From: an uncultured delta proteobacterium
GTDB taxonomy: Bacteria; Desulfobacterota; Binatia; UBA9968
NCBI GenBank assembly: GCA_963745835.1
Contig: CAVUZH010000015.1
Coordinates: 192,001-256,000 of the forward strand
Direction: 5' to 3'
Length of the DNA stretch: 64,000 nucleotides
Each line of letters begins with the position of its first letter. Position 1 is the stretch's first letter. Made by a program: the position numbers and the translations under genes. Below the pieces are notes generated by a model. That model made no database searches. It had not been told where the DNA came from and saw only the letters and a list, made by a program, of their open reading frames with translations. Below, piece by piece: positions 40,185 through 57,600 of this stretch.

Positions 40185-40895
40185 TTAGACCAAATGAAAA
40201 CGGTTTTGTAATTCTTGCCAGGTGGAGATTTGTCCCAATTCAGCCAGCACCGTCGTGGTTGGCGGCAGCAGAGGGAAATCCCGCCGGTGAATTCGTGCCA
40301 GCGCATCTTGTGGCACAACCCACAAACTGTCGGTCACTTCCTCGGAACATCTCAGCGGGGTTTGGTTCGGCGGCAGTTTGGCTATGTAGAAGCGCGTATC
40401 GAAGCGCATTGAATAGATCTCCGGTGTCACCCAGTGGTCGAAATAAATCGCCCGAGAAAGATCGCAAAAAAGATTCTCTGACTCGAGAAATGAGTCGAAA
40501 TCAAGTTCGTTCCTCACAATCGCTTGTCGCTTCAACTCAATTCGATCTTTGGTTTGTTGGTCGCGCGCATCGAGGTCCTCTCCGCTTTCATTGACGCAAA
40601 GGAGCACACCGACTTCTTCAAAAAGCTCTCTCGCGACCGCGACCCAGTGGCCCAGTGCCTGCTCGGGATCGTGGCTATTGCCCAGAATTCTTCTTGCTTC
40701 ATTACCGGACAGGCCGCGGCATCTTTCCAGAACTTTGGCTGAGTAATCGTCTTGATGAACCGCGCCGCCAGGAAAGACGTAATAGCCTCCCAGGAATCTC
40801 ATCTGCGGCGGCCGGCGGGTCAGGAGAATCTCAAATTTGCCGCCGGCTGCGGGCCGCAGCAGAACGACAGTGGAGGCATTGCGCGGTTGAACCAT
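40185..40895 (-). CDS. NUDIX hydrolase (NUDT19-like)
   Basis: PRNASTVVLLR, YVFPGG, ARELFEEVGVLL and HWVTP..RFDTRFY motifs. Confidence 0.88.
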   Translation of the reverse strand: MVQPRNASTVVLLRPAAGGKFEILLTRRPPQMRFLGGYYVFPGGAVHQDDYSAKVLERCRGLSGNEARRILGNSHDPEQALGHWVAVARELFEEVGVLLCVNESGEDLDARDQQTKDRIELKRQAIVRNELDFDSFLESENLFCDLSRAIYFDHWVTPEIYSMRFDTRFYIAKLPPNQTPLRCSEEVTDSLWVVPQDALARIHRRDFPLLPPTTTVLAELGQISTWQELQNRFHLV

Positions 40896-40902
40896 ACTAG
40901 AT

Positions 40903-41093
40903 AAAAATCTGAAATTCGAAGTCCGAAATCCCCGTTCGAAAACTAAAATCAACAGTTATCCCAGGCTCTAGAAGTCCGTCAGTTCCAGAATGTTTGTATC
41001 GGTCGAATCGCAGGTTTGGATCGGAATCTGTGATCTCGGATTTAGATATTCGGGGGTTTGTTTCGGATTTCGATATTCGGATTTCGAATTTTT
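40903..41093. repeat. Heptamer inverted-repeat element, empty copy
   Basis: Left arm AAAATCTGAAATTCGAAGTCCGAAATCC; right arm TTTGTTTCGGATTTCGATATTCGGATTTCGAATTTT. Same CGAAAT(C/T)-type 7-mers as 43988..44674. Confidence 0.75.
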
Positions 41094-41137
41094 ACAGATT
41101 GCCTAGTGAACTTTCATTACTATCGAGGCCGCGCTGG

Positions 41138-42181
41138 CTATTTTTTGCCGATATCCCGCAACAGCTTTTCCCATTTTGCATTTTCTTTCTCGTACTGCTC
41201 CACGGTCATACCGGCTTCGGCATAGTAGCGCTTGAACGGCGGTTTGTTGACTGCGCTGTCGAGACCGAATTTCCCCAGGATTTTCTGCCCTTCGGGACTT
41301 AACAGATAATCGGCAAACAAGAGCGCGCTATGGGGGTGCGGCGCGTTGGCAGGCACGGCCACTCCGCCGGCATTGGTCGGGACAAGATCCATCGCCACCC
41401 ACTTGATCGGCGCGCCTTTCGAGATCGAGGTGCGCGAATGGCTGAGAAATACCGTCGGAGACAATCCGAGCTCGCCGGAGACAACCATATCAGCGATCGC
41501 CCGGCCGGAGACCCCGTGAAGAATAACATCTTGGCTCTTGAGCTTAGAAAGGAACTCCGCGCCTTTGGTCGCCAACATCGCGCCGATCACCCGGTTCCCT
41601 GTGTCAGAGGTGGCAAAACCGATTTTGCCTTTCAGCTCGGGGTTGAGCAGAGCGTCAAAATTCTTCGGCGCCGCCTTTTCCAAAACAACATTGGTGTTAT
41701 AGGCAAGTCCGATATACGATTCGCGATCGGTCGCCCAATAAACCAAGCCTTTGTCCGCCTTTTCCTTTACTTCATCCGGGTATGAGCCCAGATGCGGTGA
41801 GAAGTACGGTGTAAGCAGCTTGTACTCCTGCATGACTTTCAAAATGGGAAATGTCGTTTCGATGGTATCGACGAGATAACGTTTTGCCTGCGCTTCTTGC
41901 AGCACTCTCTGGATGATCGCATCGCTGTCGCCGCGATAAACGTCCACTTTGATTCCGGGATACTTCGCTTCGAAAGCCTTCGGCACCTCCTGATTGGGTC
42001 CGCCGGTAAGTGACGTGTACCACATCATCCGGCCCTCTTTTTTTGCTCCGTCGAGAAGTACCTGTTCTCGGTCGGGCTTGTTGTAAGCGGCGAGCTCGGC
42101 AATTGACATGGGCTTTCCCGTCTGGGCCGAAACTGAGGGTAGCCAAATGAGCGCGGCAAAGAATAGAAGTAAGACTCTCAT
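41138..42181 (-). CDS. ABC extracellular solute-binding protein (Fe3+/AfuA-like family)
   Basis: Signal peptide, AKKEG..WYTS, FEAKYPGIKV, AYNT and APHPHSALLFADYLLSPEGQ motifs. Confidence 0.87.
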   Translation of the reverse strand: MRVLLLFFAALIWLPSVSAQTGKPMSIAELAAYNKPDREQVLLDGAKKEGRMMWYTSLTGGPNQEVPKAFEAKYPGIKVDVYRGDSDAIIQRVLQEAQAKRYLVDTIETTFPILKVMQEYKLLTPYFSPHLGSYPDEVKEKADKGLVYWATDRESYIGLAYNTNVVLEKAAPKNFDALLNPELKGKIGFATSDTGNRVIGAMLATKGAEFLSKLKSQDVILHGVSGRAIADMVVSGELGLSPTVFLSHSRTSISKGAPIKWVAMDLVPTNAGGVAVPANAPHPHSALLFADYLLSPEGQKILGKFGLDSAVNKPPFKRYYAEAGMTVEQYEKENAKWEKLLRDIGKK

Positions 42182-42321
42182 TTTCTCTCCCTGATCACGG
42201 ATTGGTCCTGCGATTAGATATCATCGATATGAAGTGAAGACCAATTGACTAAGGCGAATGGAAGTTCGCTCAGGGATTGTAATCTCTGGGGAAACGTAGT
42301 GCCCGAGGCCGCCGCGAAAAC

Positions 42322-42774
42322 TTATGATCCCGCAGGCTCCATACCGTGCCGACGCATCAACTCCATCTCGGCATCCTGCGTGGGAGGAATGTCTCCGGAC
42401 CACAGCGCCTGCAGTTCTTCAAAGTAAGCGTCCATCGCTGGCGCATGAATAACCAACAAACGGGCGGGTGTCGTGCCTGCATTGCCAAATGTGTGAGCCA
42501 CTCCGCCGGGCACGAGCACGAATGTGTCACGCTGCCCAACTGTTGTAGTTTCGCCAACAAAGAACTCTATCTCACCGTCAAGAACGTAGAAAGCTTCTTC
42601 GCAGTTTGTGTGAACGTGAGGCGGCGGTTTTCTGCCGCCCGGTGGCAGCGTGCGCTCCATCAGTGAGAAAGCGCCGTCGGTACTCGCCCGCGTCGCCTTG
42701 AAAAACATTGCGCTGCCGCGCGCAGAAAGCAGCGTCCCCTGGCCCGCCTCGAGAATCGTAGCTGTGTCTCGCAT
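42322..42774 (-). CDS. Cupin-domain protein
   Basis: PPPHVHTNCEEAFYVLDGE and VPGGVAHTF motifs. GAGGAG RBS. Confidence 0.9.
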   Translation of the reverse strand: MRDTATILEAGQGTLLSARGSAMFFKATRASTDGAFSLMERTLPPGGRKPPPHVHTNCEEAFYVLDGEIEFFVGETTTVGQRDTFVLVPGGVAHTFGNAGTTPARLLVIHAPAMDAYFEELQALWSGDIPPTQDAEMELMRRHGMEPAGS

Positions 42775-42866
42775 ACATTTTCTCCTCTCGAAGACGAGTG
42801 TGATCCAATCAGAAACTGCGATTTGCGACCGAACGTTCAAGCTCAATGCTACAGCGGAATGAAGGT

Positions 42867-43982
42867 TCAGTCTTTTAGGCCGAGAATATTGTAAGCCGTG
42901 ACCGGACGGTGAAAGCCTTTGAGGTGAAGCTCGCCAACTGATTCAGCTTCGACCAGACTCTCGATACTGCCGAGCAGGCGCTGGGGAATCAGAATCTGAC
43001 CCGGCTTGGCCTCACCACATAACCGGGAGGCGAGATTCGTGACCGTGCCGATGGCGCCGTAGTCCAAGCGTCCCTCGAATCCGATGGCGCCAATCGTCGC
43101 GTAGCCCTGCGCTATGCCAACTCCGAAATCCAGTTCGTAGTCCAGTTTGCGCCATTTCACCATCAGTTCTTCCACCCGTTGACGCATCGCAGCAGCCATC
43201 TTGACTGCCTGTTCCGCCGGATTAGGCACCGGCAGTGGATCGTTGAAGAAAATCATCATGCCATCACCGGTGAAACGTTCCAGAGTCCCTTCGTGCTGAA
43301 GAACCAACTTACCCATTTCAGCGTGATACTCATGTAGAACTGCCATGACATCCTCGGGCTCTGCGGTCTCGGCAAAAGCCGTAAAGCCGCGTAGATCCAA
43401 GAAAACTACCGTGATCTCGCGCCGGTGAGTTTTCAGCGGGTCCTCGGTACCTCCAGACAGGATCAACTCGGCAAGTTGAGGAGAGAAGAAACGTTTCAGT
43501 CGTTCCAAACGTTCCAGTTGTTCCAGCTGTTCTCGGACACGCCGCTCTAGACTTTGATTCCAATCGGCGAGCTCCGCGGCTTGATTTTGCACTATGTCGT
43601 AAAGCTCTTTAATACGAATCAGCGACTTTACCCGCGCAAGCAGTTCCGCTTGATTGATCGGCTTCGTCAGAAAATCATCCGCGCCCGCTTCAATCCCCTT
43701 GACCCGTTCTTCCCCCGGATCCAGTGCAGTGACCATCACGACGGGAAGAAGTTCAGTGGCAGGATTGCTGCGGAGCTTACGACAGACTTCATAGCCGCTC
43801 ATTTCCGGCATGACCACGTCCAACAGCACTAGGTCAGGGCGTTCGGCTTCCACTTGAGATAAAGCCTCGGCACCGGAGGCGGCAGTCACGACGTTGTATC
43901 CCCTTGCCGTCAGTATGTCGGCAAGGAGTTTTACGTTTTTCGGCGTGTCATCGACAACGAGGATCTTGGCTGGAGCTTTCAT
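42867..43982 (-). CDS. Response-regulator receiver fused to class III adenylate/guanylate cyclase
   Basis: REC domain (VVDD, LLDVVMP, TKP) plus cyclase motifs FLDLRGFT, ERFTGDG and DYGAIGTVTNLASRL. Confidence 0.92.
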   Translation of the reverse strand: MKAPAKILVVDDTPKNVKLLADILTARGYNVVTAASGAEALSQVEAERPDLVLLDVVMPEMSGYEVCRKLRSNPATELLPVVMVTALDPGEERVKGIEAGADDFLTKPINQAELLARVKSLIRIKELYDIVQNQAAELADWNQSLERRVREQLEQLERLERLKRFFSPQLAELILSGGTEDPLKTHRREITVVFLDLRGFTAFAETAEPEDVMAVLHEYHAEMGKLVLQHEGTLERFTGDGMMIFFNDPLPVPNPAEQAVKMAAAMRQRVEELMVKWRKLDYELDFGVGIAQGYATIGAIGFEGRLDYGAIGTVTNLASRLCGEAKPGQILIPQRLLGSIESLVEAESVGELHLKGFHRPVTAYNILGLKD

Positions 43983-43987
43983 TGAAT

Positions 43988-44674
43988 AATATCGAAATCC
44001 GAATTTCGAAATCCGAAACAAACCAACAATCGTAAATATTCAAATCGAAAATTAGAATCACCAAACCGAAACAAAAAGCTGTTAAATATGCTACTTTGTT
44101 GAATTCCAAGACTCACAATCGAGTTCGTTTGAAATTGGGCCTTTTCATTCGCGCTTGTTTAGCGTTTAGGAAGTCGATATTCGAGTTTTTCGCTCTTGCG
44201 AAGAATGGCTCCAAAGATACTGGTCAACTCTGTCGCTTCCTGAACGAGAACATCCCTAATTTCCTTTAGTTTCGAGTCCCCACTGACTTCAATCAACTGC
44301 AACCAATAGCGGCTCTCCTTAGCTTCCTTGCGACATATTTTAATTCTCATCAAGAAATCCCTTTTGCTCAGGGACTCATTGGCCTCGATGTAGTTCGCCC
44401 CAATTGAGCCAGAAGATCTTACAAGCTGTTTCGTGTCTTCAATGCTCGCGACCGTCCTAGGAATGTCTTTAATGAACGTCCTTACCTCCTTCGCAAACAG
44501 AGAAGGTACGATCTTCTAAATCGTATTGTTTAGTTCGCACTAACCTAGCGGTTCCAATTCACGGGCGGCATATCTTTTCATGTTTATGGGGAGCCGAGCC
44601 TGTTTGCAATTTGTTGTTGGTCTCGTTTGAACATTTGAATCTGTTTCGGATTTCGAAATTCGTGCTTCGGATTT
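43988..44674. mobile_element. Heptamer inverted-repeat element carrying a four-helix-bundle gene (full copy)
   Basis: 33-nt arms at 43988-44020 and 44642-44674 are inverted repeats; the inner 21 nt (CGAATTTCGAAATCCGAAACA) are perfect. They enclose AT-richer DNA and one gene. Confidence 0.7.
44159..44540 (-). CDS. Four-helix-bundle protein (TIGR02436 / 23S rRNA IVP family, Avd-like), one frameshift near 44500
   Basis: Reconstructed MRTKQYDLEDRTFLFAKEVRTFIKDIPRTVASIEDTKQLVRSSGSIGANYIEANESLSKRDFLMRIKICRKEAKESRYWLQLI, with family motifs QL.RS..SIGANY.EA and KEA.ES.YWL. Confidence 0.85.
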
Positions 44675-45051
44675 ATTTGCGGGCGGCGAGCACCCTTTCC
44701 ACTTCGCCGAGAAAGTCTTTCAAGCTAATCGGTTTGGTCTGATAGCCGTCGAAACCCTTCCGCCAACATCGTCTGCCGGTTGTGTGTCATCGCTGACGCG
44801 GTGATCGCGATGACCGGAATACTTTTGGTCTTCGGATTCAATCGGAGCTGCTTCAGCGCCGTAATACCGTCGATGCCCGGAAGCTGAATGTCCATCAGAA
44901 TAAGCGCCGGCGATTGTGCCAGAGCAAGGTCGATCCCTTCCTCGGCAGTCTCCGACTCTATGGTCTGGTAGCCCTTGACCTGAAGCACATCGCGGGCGAG
45001 CTTCCGGTTTTTCTCGTTGTCCTCGATGATAAGTATTAGTTCCCCAGCCAT
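44673..45051 (-). CDS. Single-domain response regulator (DivK-like), frameshift near 44755
   Basis: ILIIEDNEKN, LMDIQLPGIDG and IPVIAITASAM. The shifted tail gives DGYQTKPISLKDFLGEVERVLAARK-stop. Confidence 0.87.
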
Positions 45052-45086
45052 AACGATTTTGGATTTTAGATTCCCCGTCAGGGAAT

Positions 45087-45450
45087 CGTCATTCCCGCGC
45101 ACGCGGGAATCCAGTTCCCCTCTTTCTAAATGATGTCATCCCACAAGTCCTTCCAATCTGGATTTGCTTCTCAATGACTTTCAGCTTCCAAGCCCGATTC
45201 CATTTCTTCATCTGCTTCTCCCGGATGATAGCAGAAACCAGATCGCCGTGTAGTTCGTAATAAACCAATTGGTGCACCCCGTATCTTTTAGCTGAAGCCC
45301 TCGATCGCATTATCTTTGTGCTCCCGTGCGCGCTTTTGAAGGTCGCTGGTGACTCCGATATAAAGCGTGCCATTGCGCTTACTGGCTAGAATATAAACCG
45401 CCGGCTTTCTGGTCATCCAACCCTGGATTCCCGTTTTCACGGGAATGACG
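45087..45450. mobile_element. CGTC-REP-flanked GIY-YIG nuclease cassette
   Basis: Inverted REP hairpins CGTCATTCCCGCGCACGCGGGAATCCAG (45087-45114) and CTGGATTCCCGTTTTCACGGGAATGACG (45423-45450) bracket the nuclease gene. Confidence 0.75.
45126..45416 (-). CDS. Small GIY-YIG nuclease (two apparent frameshifts)
   Basis: MTRKPAVYILASKRNGTLYIGVTSDLQKRAREHK.., then KRYGVHQLVYYE..AIIREKQMKKWNRAWKLKVIE.., then NPDWKDLWDDII. Confidence 0.85.
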
Positions 45451-45483
45451 ATAAAACCTAACTCAAATCATATTGGAAAAACA

Positions 45484-51497
<6,014 letters not shown>

Positions 51498-51554
51498 CCT
51501 TTACCTGTTTGAATTTTCGAATTTCATTCAGAAATATTATCTAACCGCATTGTT

Positions 51555-51654
51555 CTCCCGCGAAGTCGAAAGACTGCTAAGTCAAGAGATTCCACCACCG
51601 AATCCCCGTTCACGAATATTGCTTTGATTTGGCTCCTTTGCCTCTTTGCGCGAG
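51555..51654. repeat. Degenerate inverted-repeat element between the two kinase genes
   Basis: CTCCCGCGAAGTCGAAAGACTGCTAA versus the reverse complement of TTGGCTCCTTTGCCTCTTTGCGCGAG. Confidence 0.45.
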
Positions 51655-51685
51655 TAATTCGACTTTGGTTTTCCATGGAACGTTT

Positions 51686-54600
51686 TCAATTTAGACTGCC
51701 CTCCTCAGTGAGTGGCAGCGTAAACGTGAACTTGCTGCCTTTACCGACTTCGCTCTCCACCCAGATTTTCCCTCCATGCAGCTCGACGAACTTCTTGGCC
51801 AAGTCAACCCAAGTCCGGTCCCTTCGCTCTTGTGCGCATAGTCGCTGCCCACCTGACGAAACTCCTCGAAGATCCTCGGCTGGTCCTCCGGGGCGATGCC
51901 GATGCCAGTGTCAGTGACCGAGATCTCCACAGCACCATCAACCTGCGTGGCTTTCATTCGATCCGACCTCCCTCCGGAGTGAACTTCACTGCATTGGACA
52001 ACAGATTCAAAAGTATCTGCTTGATCTTGCGCTCATCGCCGACAAACTCCCCAAGGCGCTCGTCGACGACATCAACTGTGATGCCGTGCCCGTGGCGCGC
52101 TCGCGCACAAACGTGCGCGCGTTGTCGATCGCCAATGGGAGATCGAACGTAGCCAGCTCCAGCTCCATGCGTCCGGCCTCGACTTTGGAGAGATCGAGAA
52201 TCTCATTGATAAGCGATAGCAGATGCGTCCGGAGGAAAGAATGTCTTCGGTGTACTCGGCCTGTTTCTCGTTTAACTCGCCGAAGAGTCTCTCGCCCAAG
52301 ACTTCAGAGAAGCCAATAATGGCGTTAAGAGGCGTGCGCAGCTCATGCGACATGTTGGCGAGAAATTCGGACTTGTGCCGGTTGGCGGCTTCGATTTGTC
52401 GGCTCTTGTCTTCGATTCCCGGAACAGCCGGGCGTTTTGGATTGCCAAAGCGGATTGCGTGGCGAAGGTTTGAAGAAGATTGATCAGTCAGGGGTGAAGG
52501 TTCCGGCACGTTTTTGCCAGACCGTCAACGCACCCATCAATCGACTTTCGAGCAGGATAGGAACGGTCAAGAGAGAACGATAGCCGAGTCGATCGGAGAT
52601 TGGCCGAATTCGCGTAAGCCTGACTTCTTGCTCGTCTCGAAGATCGCTAACTTGGACGGGAGCCCGAGCTAGTGCCGCTTGCCCAGTATAGCCCTCCCCG
52701 ACTCGCAACGGGGCTGCGCGAATGGCGTCGACCAATTCCTCTTCCATCCGATGACTTGCCCTCAGGTGAAACACCTCAGTGGCTTCATCGTACTCATAAA
52801 TGACTCCGCAATCGGTTCCTGACAGCTGAACCGCGCGGGCCACGATTGTGCTGAGCACGGTCGGGAGATCAAGTGTTGAGCTAACTGCGTGCCCGACGTC
52901 GCCGAGGGCTTTGAGTTCACCTACGAGCGTGTCAATTCATGGGTTCGCTCATCCAATTCTTTGAACAGTCGCACGTTTTCGATGGCGATGACGGCCTGTG
53001 AACCAAAGGTCTCAAGCAGCTTGATTTGCTTGTCGGTGAATGGCCGGACCTCAGTGCGGCGAAGCCCAATCACACCCAGAGGGACGCCCTGTCGTAGTAG
53101 CGGTGTTCCGAGGATTGTCCGATGGCCCAACCGCTGCTGAGATGCTTTAGCGTCCGGAAACTCGGTTTCAAGTTCGGCCGCGAGGTCATGAACATGAAGA
53201 GTTTTTCGGTCAATAAATATTCGGCCAAGTGGTGAGCTACGACGGACAGGCACCTCATCAGTTGCTGAGAGACCACCATAGTTAGCCGCAAGCCGAAGGA
53301 CATTACCGTCGAAACGAAAAATTTGCGCGTTGGTCGCTTCACAGAGACGTGCGGCGTTTCGAGCCACTGTGTCCAGCACCGGTTGGATATCTGTCGGCGA
53401 GCCAGCGATAACGCCCAAAATCTCACTCGTCGCGGTTTGCTGCTCCAACGACTCCTTGAGCTCTTGGAAGAGCCGCACGTTTTCAATCGCGATGACGGCT
53501 TGGGAGGCGAAGGTTTCGAGCAGCTTGATTTGGCTGTCGGAGAAAGGACGAACTTCCGTTCGCCTAATATTTATCTGACCGATCGATTGTCCTTCGCGAA
53601 GCATTGGAACACTGAGAAATGTTCTGGAGCCTGTCCGAATCACGAGTTCCCGGCTGTCCGGATAATTATCCACTTCGGCGGTCAGATCGTGAATATGGAT
53701 TGGCCGGCGTTCGAGGAACGCTTGTGTGCCGGGAGTTTTCTGGCTGTTGGCCATATATTCCGGTGCCGGATGAATGCCAAAAGACGCAACCAATCTTGTG
53801 CCATCCCCCTCGACAAGGCGTATTTGCGCGTCACTCGCCTCACAGAGACGCGCCGCAGTCGTTGCAACGGTCTCCAGGACCGGCTGAATGTCCGTAGGCG
53901 AGCTGGCGATCACACCTAAAATTTCGCTCGTCGCGGTTTGCTGCTCCAAAGCCTCCTTTAACTCGTTGAAACAATCGCACGTTCTCGATGGCTATCACTG
54001 CCTGATCGGCGAAGGTTTCAAGCAATTTAATCTGCGCCGGGGTGAAGGGGCGCACCTCGTTGCGGCGCGCGTTCAGTAATCCAACGAGTTCCCCCTGATG
54101 GCGAAGGGGAGCGTTCAAGAGTGTGCGCCAGCCGCCGATTGAACCCAACATTGGAAAATCGTTCTGCGCTTGGACGTCGGGAACGTGGAGCGTGCCATGC
54201 TCGCGCATCCAACGAAACTGTGGCTCATCAATACTGATCTCGACGCTGGCCAAGGGGTACGGGACCAAAATGGGCCCGCAGGACCATAATGTCCCCCTCG
54301 TGGAGTCGCAGCACCACGTCATCGATACCACAGACTTTTGCCGCGCTCTCGACGATCGCGTCGAGAACCGGCTGCACGTCCGTGGGCGAGCGGCTAATGA
54401 TGCCGAGCACCTCGGCCGTTGCCGTCTGATGCTCCAGCGCCTCGCGCAGTTCTGTATTCCGCTCTTGGAGTTCTTTGAACAGGCGCACATTCTCAATGGC
54501 GATGACCGCCTGTGCGGCGAAGGTTTCAGGAGCTGATCTCCTTATCTGTAAAAGGCCGGACCTCCATCCGACGAATCGATAATCGCCCCGATCGGAATAC

Positions 54601-57600
54601 CTTCGCGCAGCAGCGGCGCCGCGAGCTTGTCTGGCGCGGCTCCCGCCGCGACTACCCGTGCTATCGAGCTCCGGGAAATCTGTTTCAGATTCGGCCTCGA
54701 TGTCATGGATGTGAATCGTTTGACGTTCGACCATGGCCCGCCCGGTGTACTGAGGACCGACTCGATCGGAAACGATGCGACCGGGTCGGAATCGATCCGT
54801 AATATCGCTACTCGCTGCAGAACGTCGCCATCGGGACGATAGATCACGGCGTCTATCGAGTCACACAACCGCGCCGCGCTTGCCGCTATGGCATCCAGCA
54901 CCGGCTGAATATCCGTCGGCGAGCTGGCGATGACGCCAAGAATTTCACTCGTCGCAGTCTGCTGCTCCAATGACTCCTTGAGTTCTTGGAACAGCCGCAC
55001 GTTCTCGATCGCGATGACAGCCTGGTCGGCAAAGGTTTCGAGAAGCTTGATCTGCGCCGGGGTGAAGGGGCGAACCTCGGTGCGACGCGCGGCCAAGTAT
55101 GCCAACGAGTTCCCCCTGCTGACGAAGGGGAACGAATAACATGGTGCGCCAATTGCCGGCCGACACCCATTGTCGGGAACTCGTTCTGCGCCCGAACGTC
55201 AGGAACGTGAAGGTGCCATGATCGCGCAGCCAACGATACTGCGGTTCATCAATACTGATCTCGACCCGGCCAATGGGTATCGGACCAAAATGAGCCCGCG
55301 GTAACCAAAATACTCCCCTCGCGGAGTCGCAGCAGCACGTCATCGATTCCGCAAACCCTGCGCCGCGCTCTCGACGATCGCATCGAGCACCGGCTGCACG
55401 TCGGTCGGCGAGCGGCTGATGATGCCGAGCACCTCGGCGGTCGCCGTCTGATGCTCCAGCGCCTCGCGCAATTCTGCATTGCGTTCCTGGATTTCCTTGA
55501 ACAGCCGCACATTCTCGATGGCGATGACGGCCTGATCGGCGAAGGTTTTCAGAAGAGCAATTTGCTTTTCGGTAAAGGGAAGAACCTCCGGTCGGCGGAT
55601 ATGAATTGCTCCGATCGCAAGCCCTTCGCGAAGCAATGGCGTCGACCAGAATAGTACGGATGCCGACTGACCGAACCGCTTCAGAAAATTCCGCTAGAGA
55701 GTCCGCGGCTCAAAAGGTCATGGATATGCACGGTTTCACCATCGATCATTGCCCGGGCGCTCGGTATCGAACGAGTCAGCGGTCTCCTTCCTTCGGACAG
55801 GGGTACAGGAATCGAACCTTGCGACGCGACAAGCCAAAAGTTGGCGCCGTCACAACGCCAGATTGCCGACTCGCTAGCTTCGCACAGCCGTGCGGCGCTT
55901 TCGGCAACGACATCCAGCACCGGCTGAATATCCGTCGGCGAGCTGGCGATGACGCCCAAGATTTCACTCGTCGCTGTTTGCTGCTCCAACGCTTCCTTGA
56001 GCTCGTTGAATAATCGTACGTTCTCATGCGCAATCACCGCTTGATCGGCGAAGGTTTCCAGCAGTTTGATCTGCGCAGGGGTGAACGGGCGCACCTCCAT
56101 GCGACGCGCGAACAGTGCTCCAATGAACTCCCCCTGCTGACGAAGAGGAGCGGCCAAGAAGGTGCGATATCGGGTGCCGGAAGCCATCGTTGGGAAATCG
56201 TTTTGCTCTAGGGCGTCGCGAACGTGAAGCGTGCCATGCTCGCGTATCCAGTGAAAGTGTGGCTCATCAATACTGACTTCGACGCGGCCAATTGGTATTG
56301 AACCAAAATGAGCCCGTGGAATTACCGCGTCACCCTCATTGAGCCGCAGCACCACGTCATCGATCCCACAAACCTGCGCGGCGCTCTCGACGATGGCATC
56401 GAGACCGGCTGCACGTCCGTCGGCGAGCGGCTGATAATGCCGAGCACCTCGGCGGTTGCCGTCTGATGCTCCAGGGCCTCGCGCAATTCTGCATTGCGCT
56501 CCTGGAGTTCTTTGAACAGCCGCACGTTCTCGATAGCGATCACCGCCTGATCGGCAAAAGTCTTAAGAAGCGCGATCTGCTCGTCGGTAAACGGCCGGAC
56601 CTCGGTTCGCCGAACACCAGTGCGCCGATAGCCGACACCCTCCCGAAGCAGGGGCGTACCGCCAGCTCCGTATCCGTAGCGCTGCGCATTGCCTTGCTCG
56701 GGAAATTCGGATCTCGACTGACTCTCCATCAGGATCTGCAACAGTCATTCGATCCAGCACCGCGCGCCTCAGCCGGCAACCCGCGACCGGAATGGCACGG
56801 ACTTCCAGGCAGCGGACCTCTCATGTCGACCTGGCATCGGGCCGAAATGAGCGACAACCGGGCACCTGTCCATCGACCGGATGATGACAGCGTCGTTGGC
56901 ATCGCACAGCCGGCTGCGCTCCGGCAATCAGCATCCAGTACTGGCTGGATATCCGTCGGCGAACTGGCGATCACACCCAAAATCTCACTCGTGGCAGTCT
57001 GCTGCTCCAATGACTCCTTGAGTTCCTGGAACAGCCGAACGTTCTCGATGGCGACAACAGCCTGATCGGCAAAGATCTTGACCAGCTCAATCTGCCGCTC
57101 CGTAAATGGTTCAACAAAGTTACGCCATATCGTGAGACTACCAATCGGTGTTCCTTCTCGTAATAGAGGCACCATCAGCAACGTCCGCGTGCCGATCGAC
57201 CGAGCCAAAGCCAGGTGGGCGCGTGGATCGGATTGGACATCAAGGATTTGAACGGATTTGCCTTCGAGAAGGGCTTGACCAGCGGGAATCTTCGGGCCTG
57301 GTGGGAGAGGATTGTCCCTCAGGGCCGTTATCATTTCCGGACTTTCGCCATAGTGGGCAACCACCCGATGGAACTCGCCGTCAAATTGCCGGACGTGACC
57401 CATAGTGGCACCGCAAAGTTTCGCCGCGTTCGCAATGAGAGTATCGAGAACCGGTTGAAGATCGGTAGGGGAGGAAGCGATGACTCTAAGCACTTCACCA
57501 GTCGCCGTCTGCTGCTCCAGGGCTTCCGTGACATCTCGGTTGCGCGCTTGCAACTCCTGGAATAAGCGCACGTTCTCGATGGCGATAACCGCCTGATCGG

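Noticed and set aside
42867-43420. Cyclase with Arg in place of the substrate-specifying Lys as a novel nucleotide specificity
   Set aside because: It is a conservative change with the Asp partner and catalytic Asn/Arg retained, which is not enough to claim altered specificity.
44159-44540. Avd-like gene as evidence for a diversity-generating retroelement
   Set aside because: No RT, TR/VR pair or target protein in the window. The sequence fits the stand-alone four-helix-bundle family.
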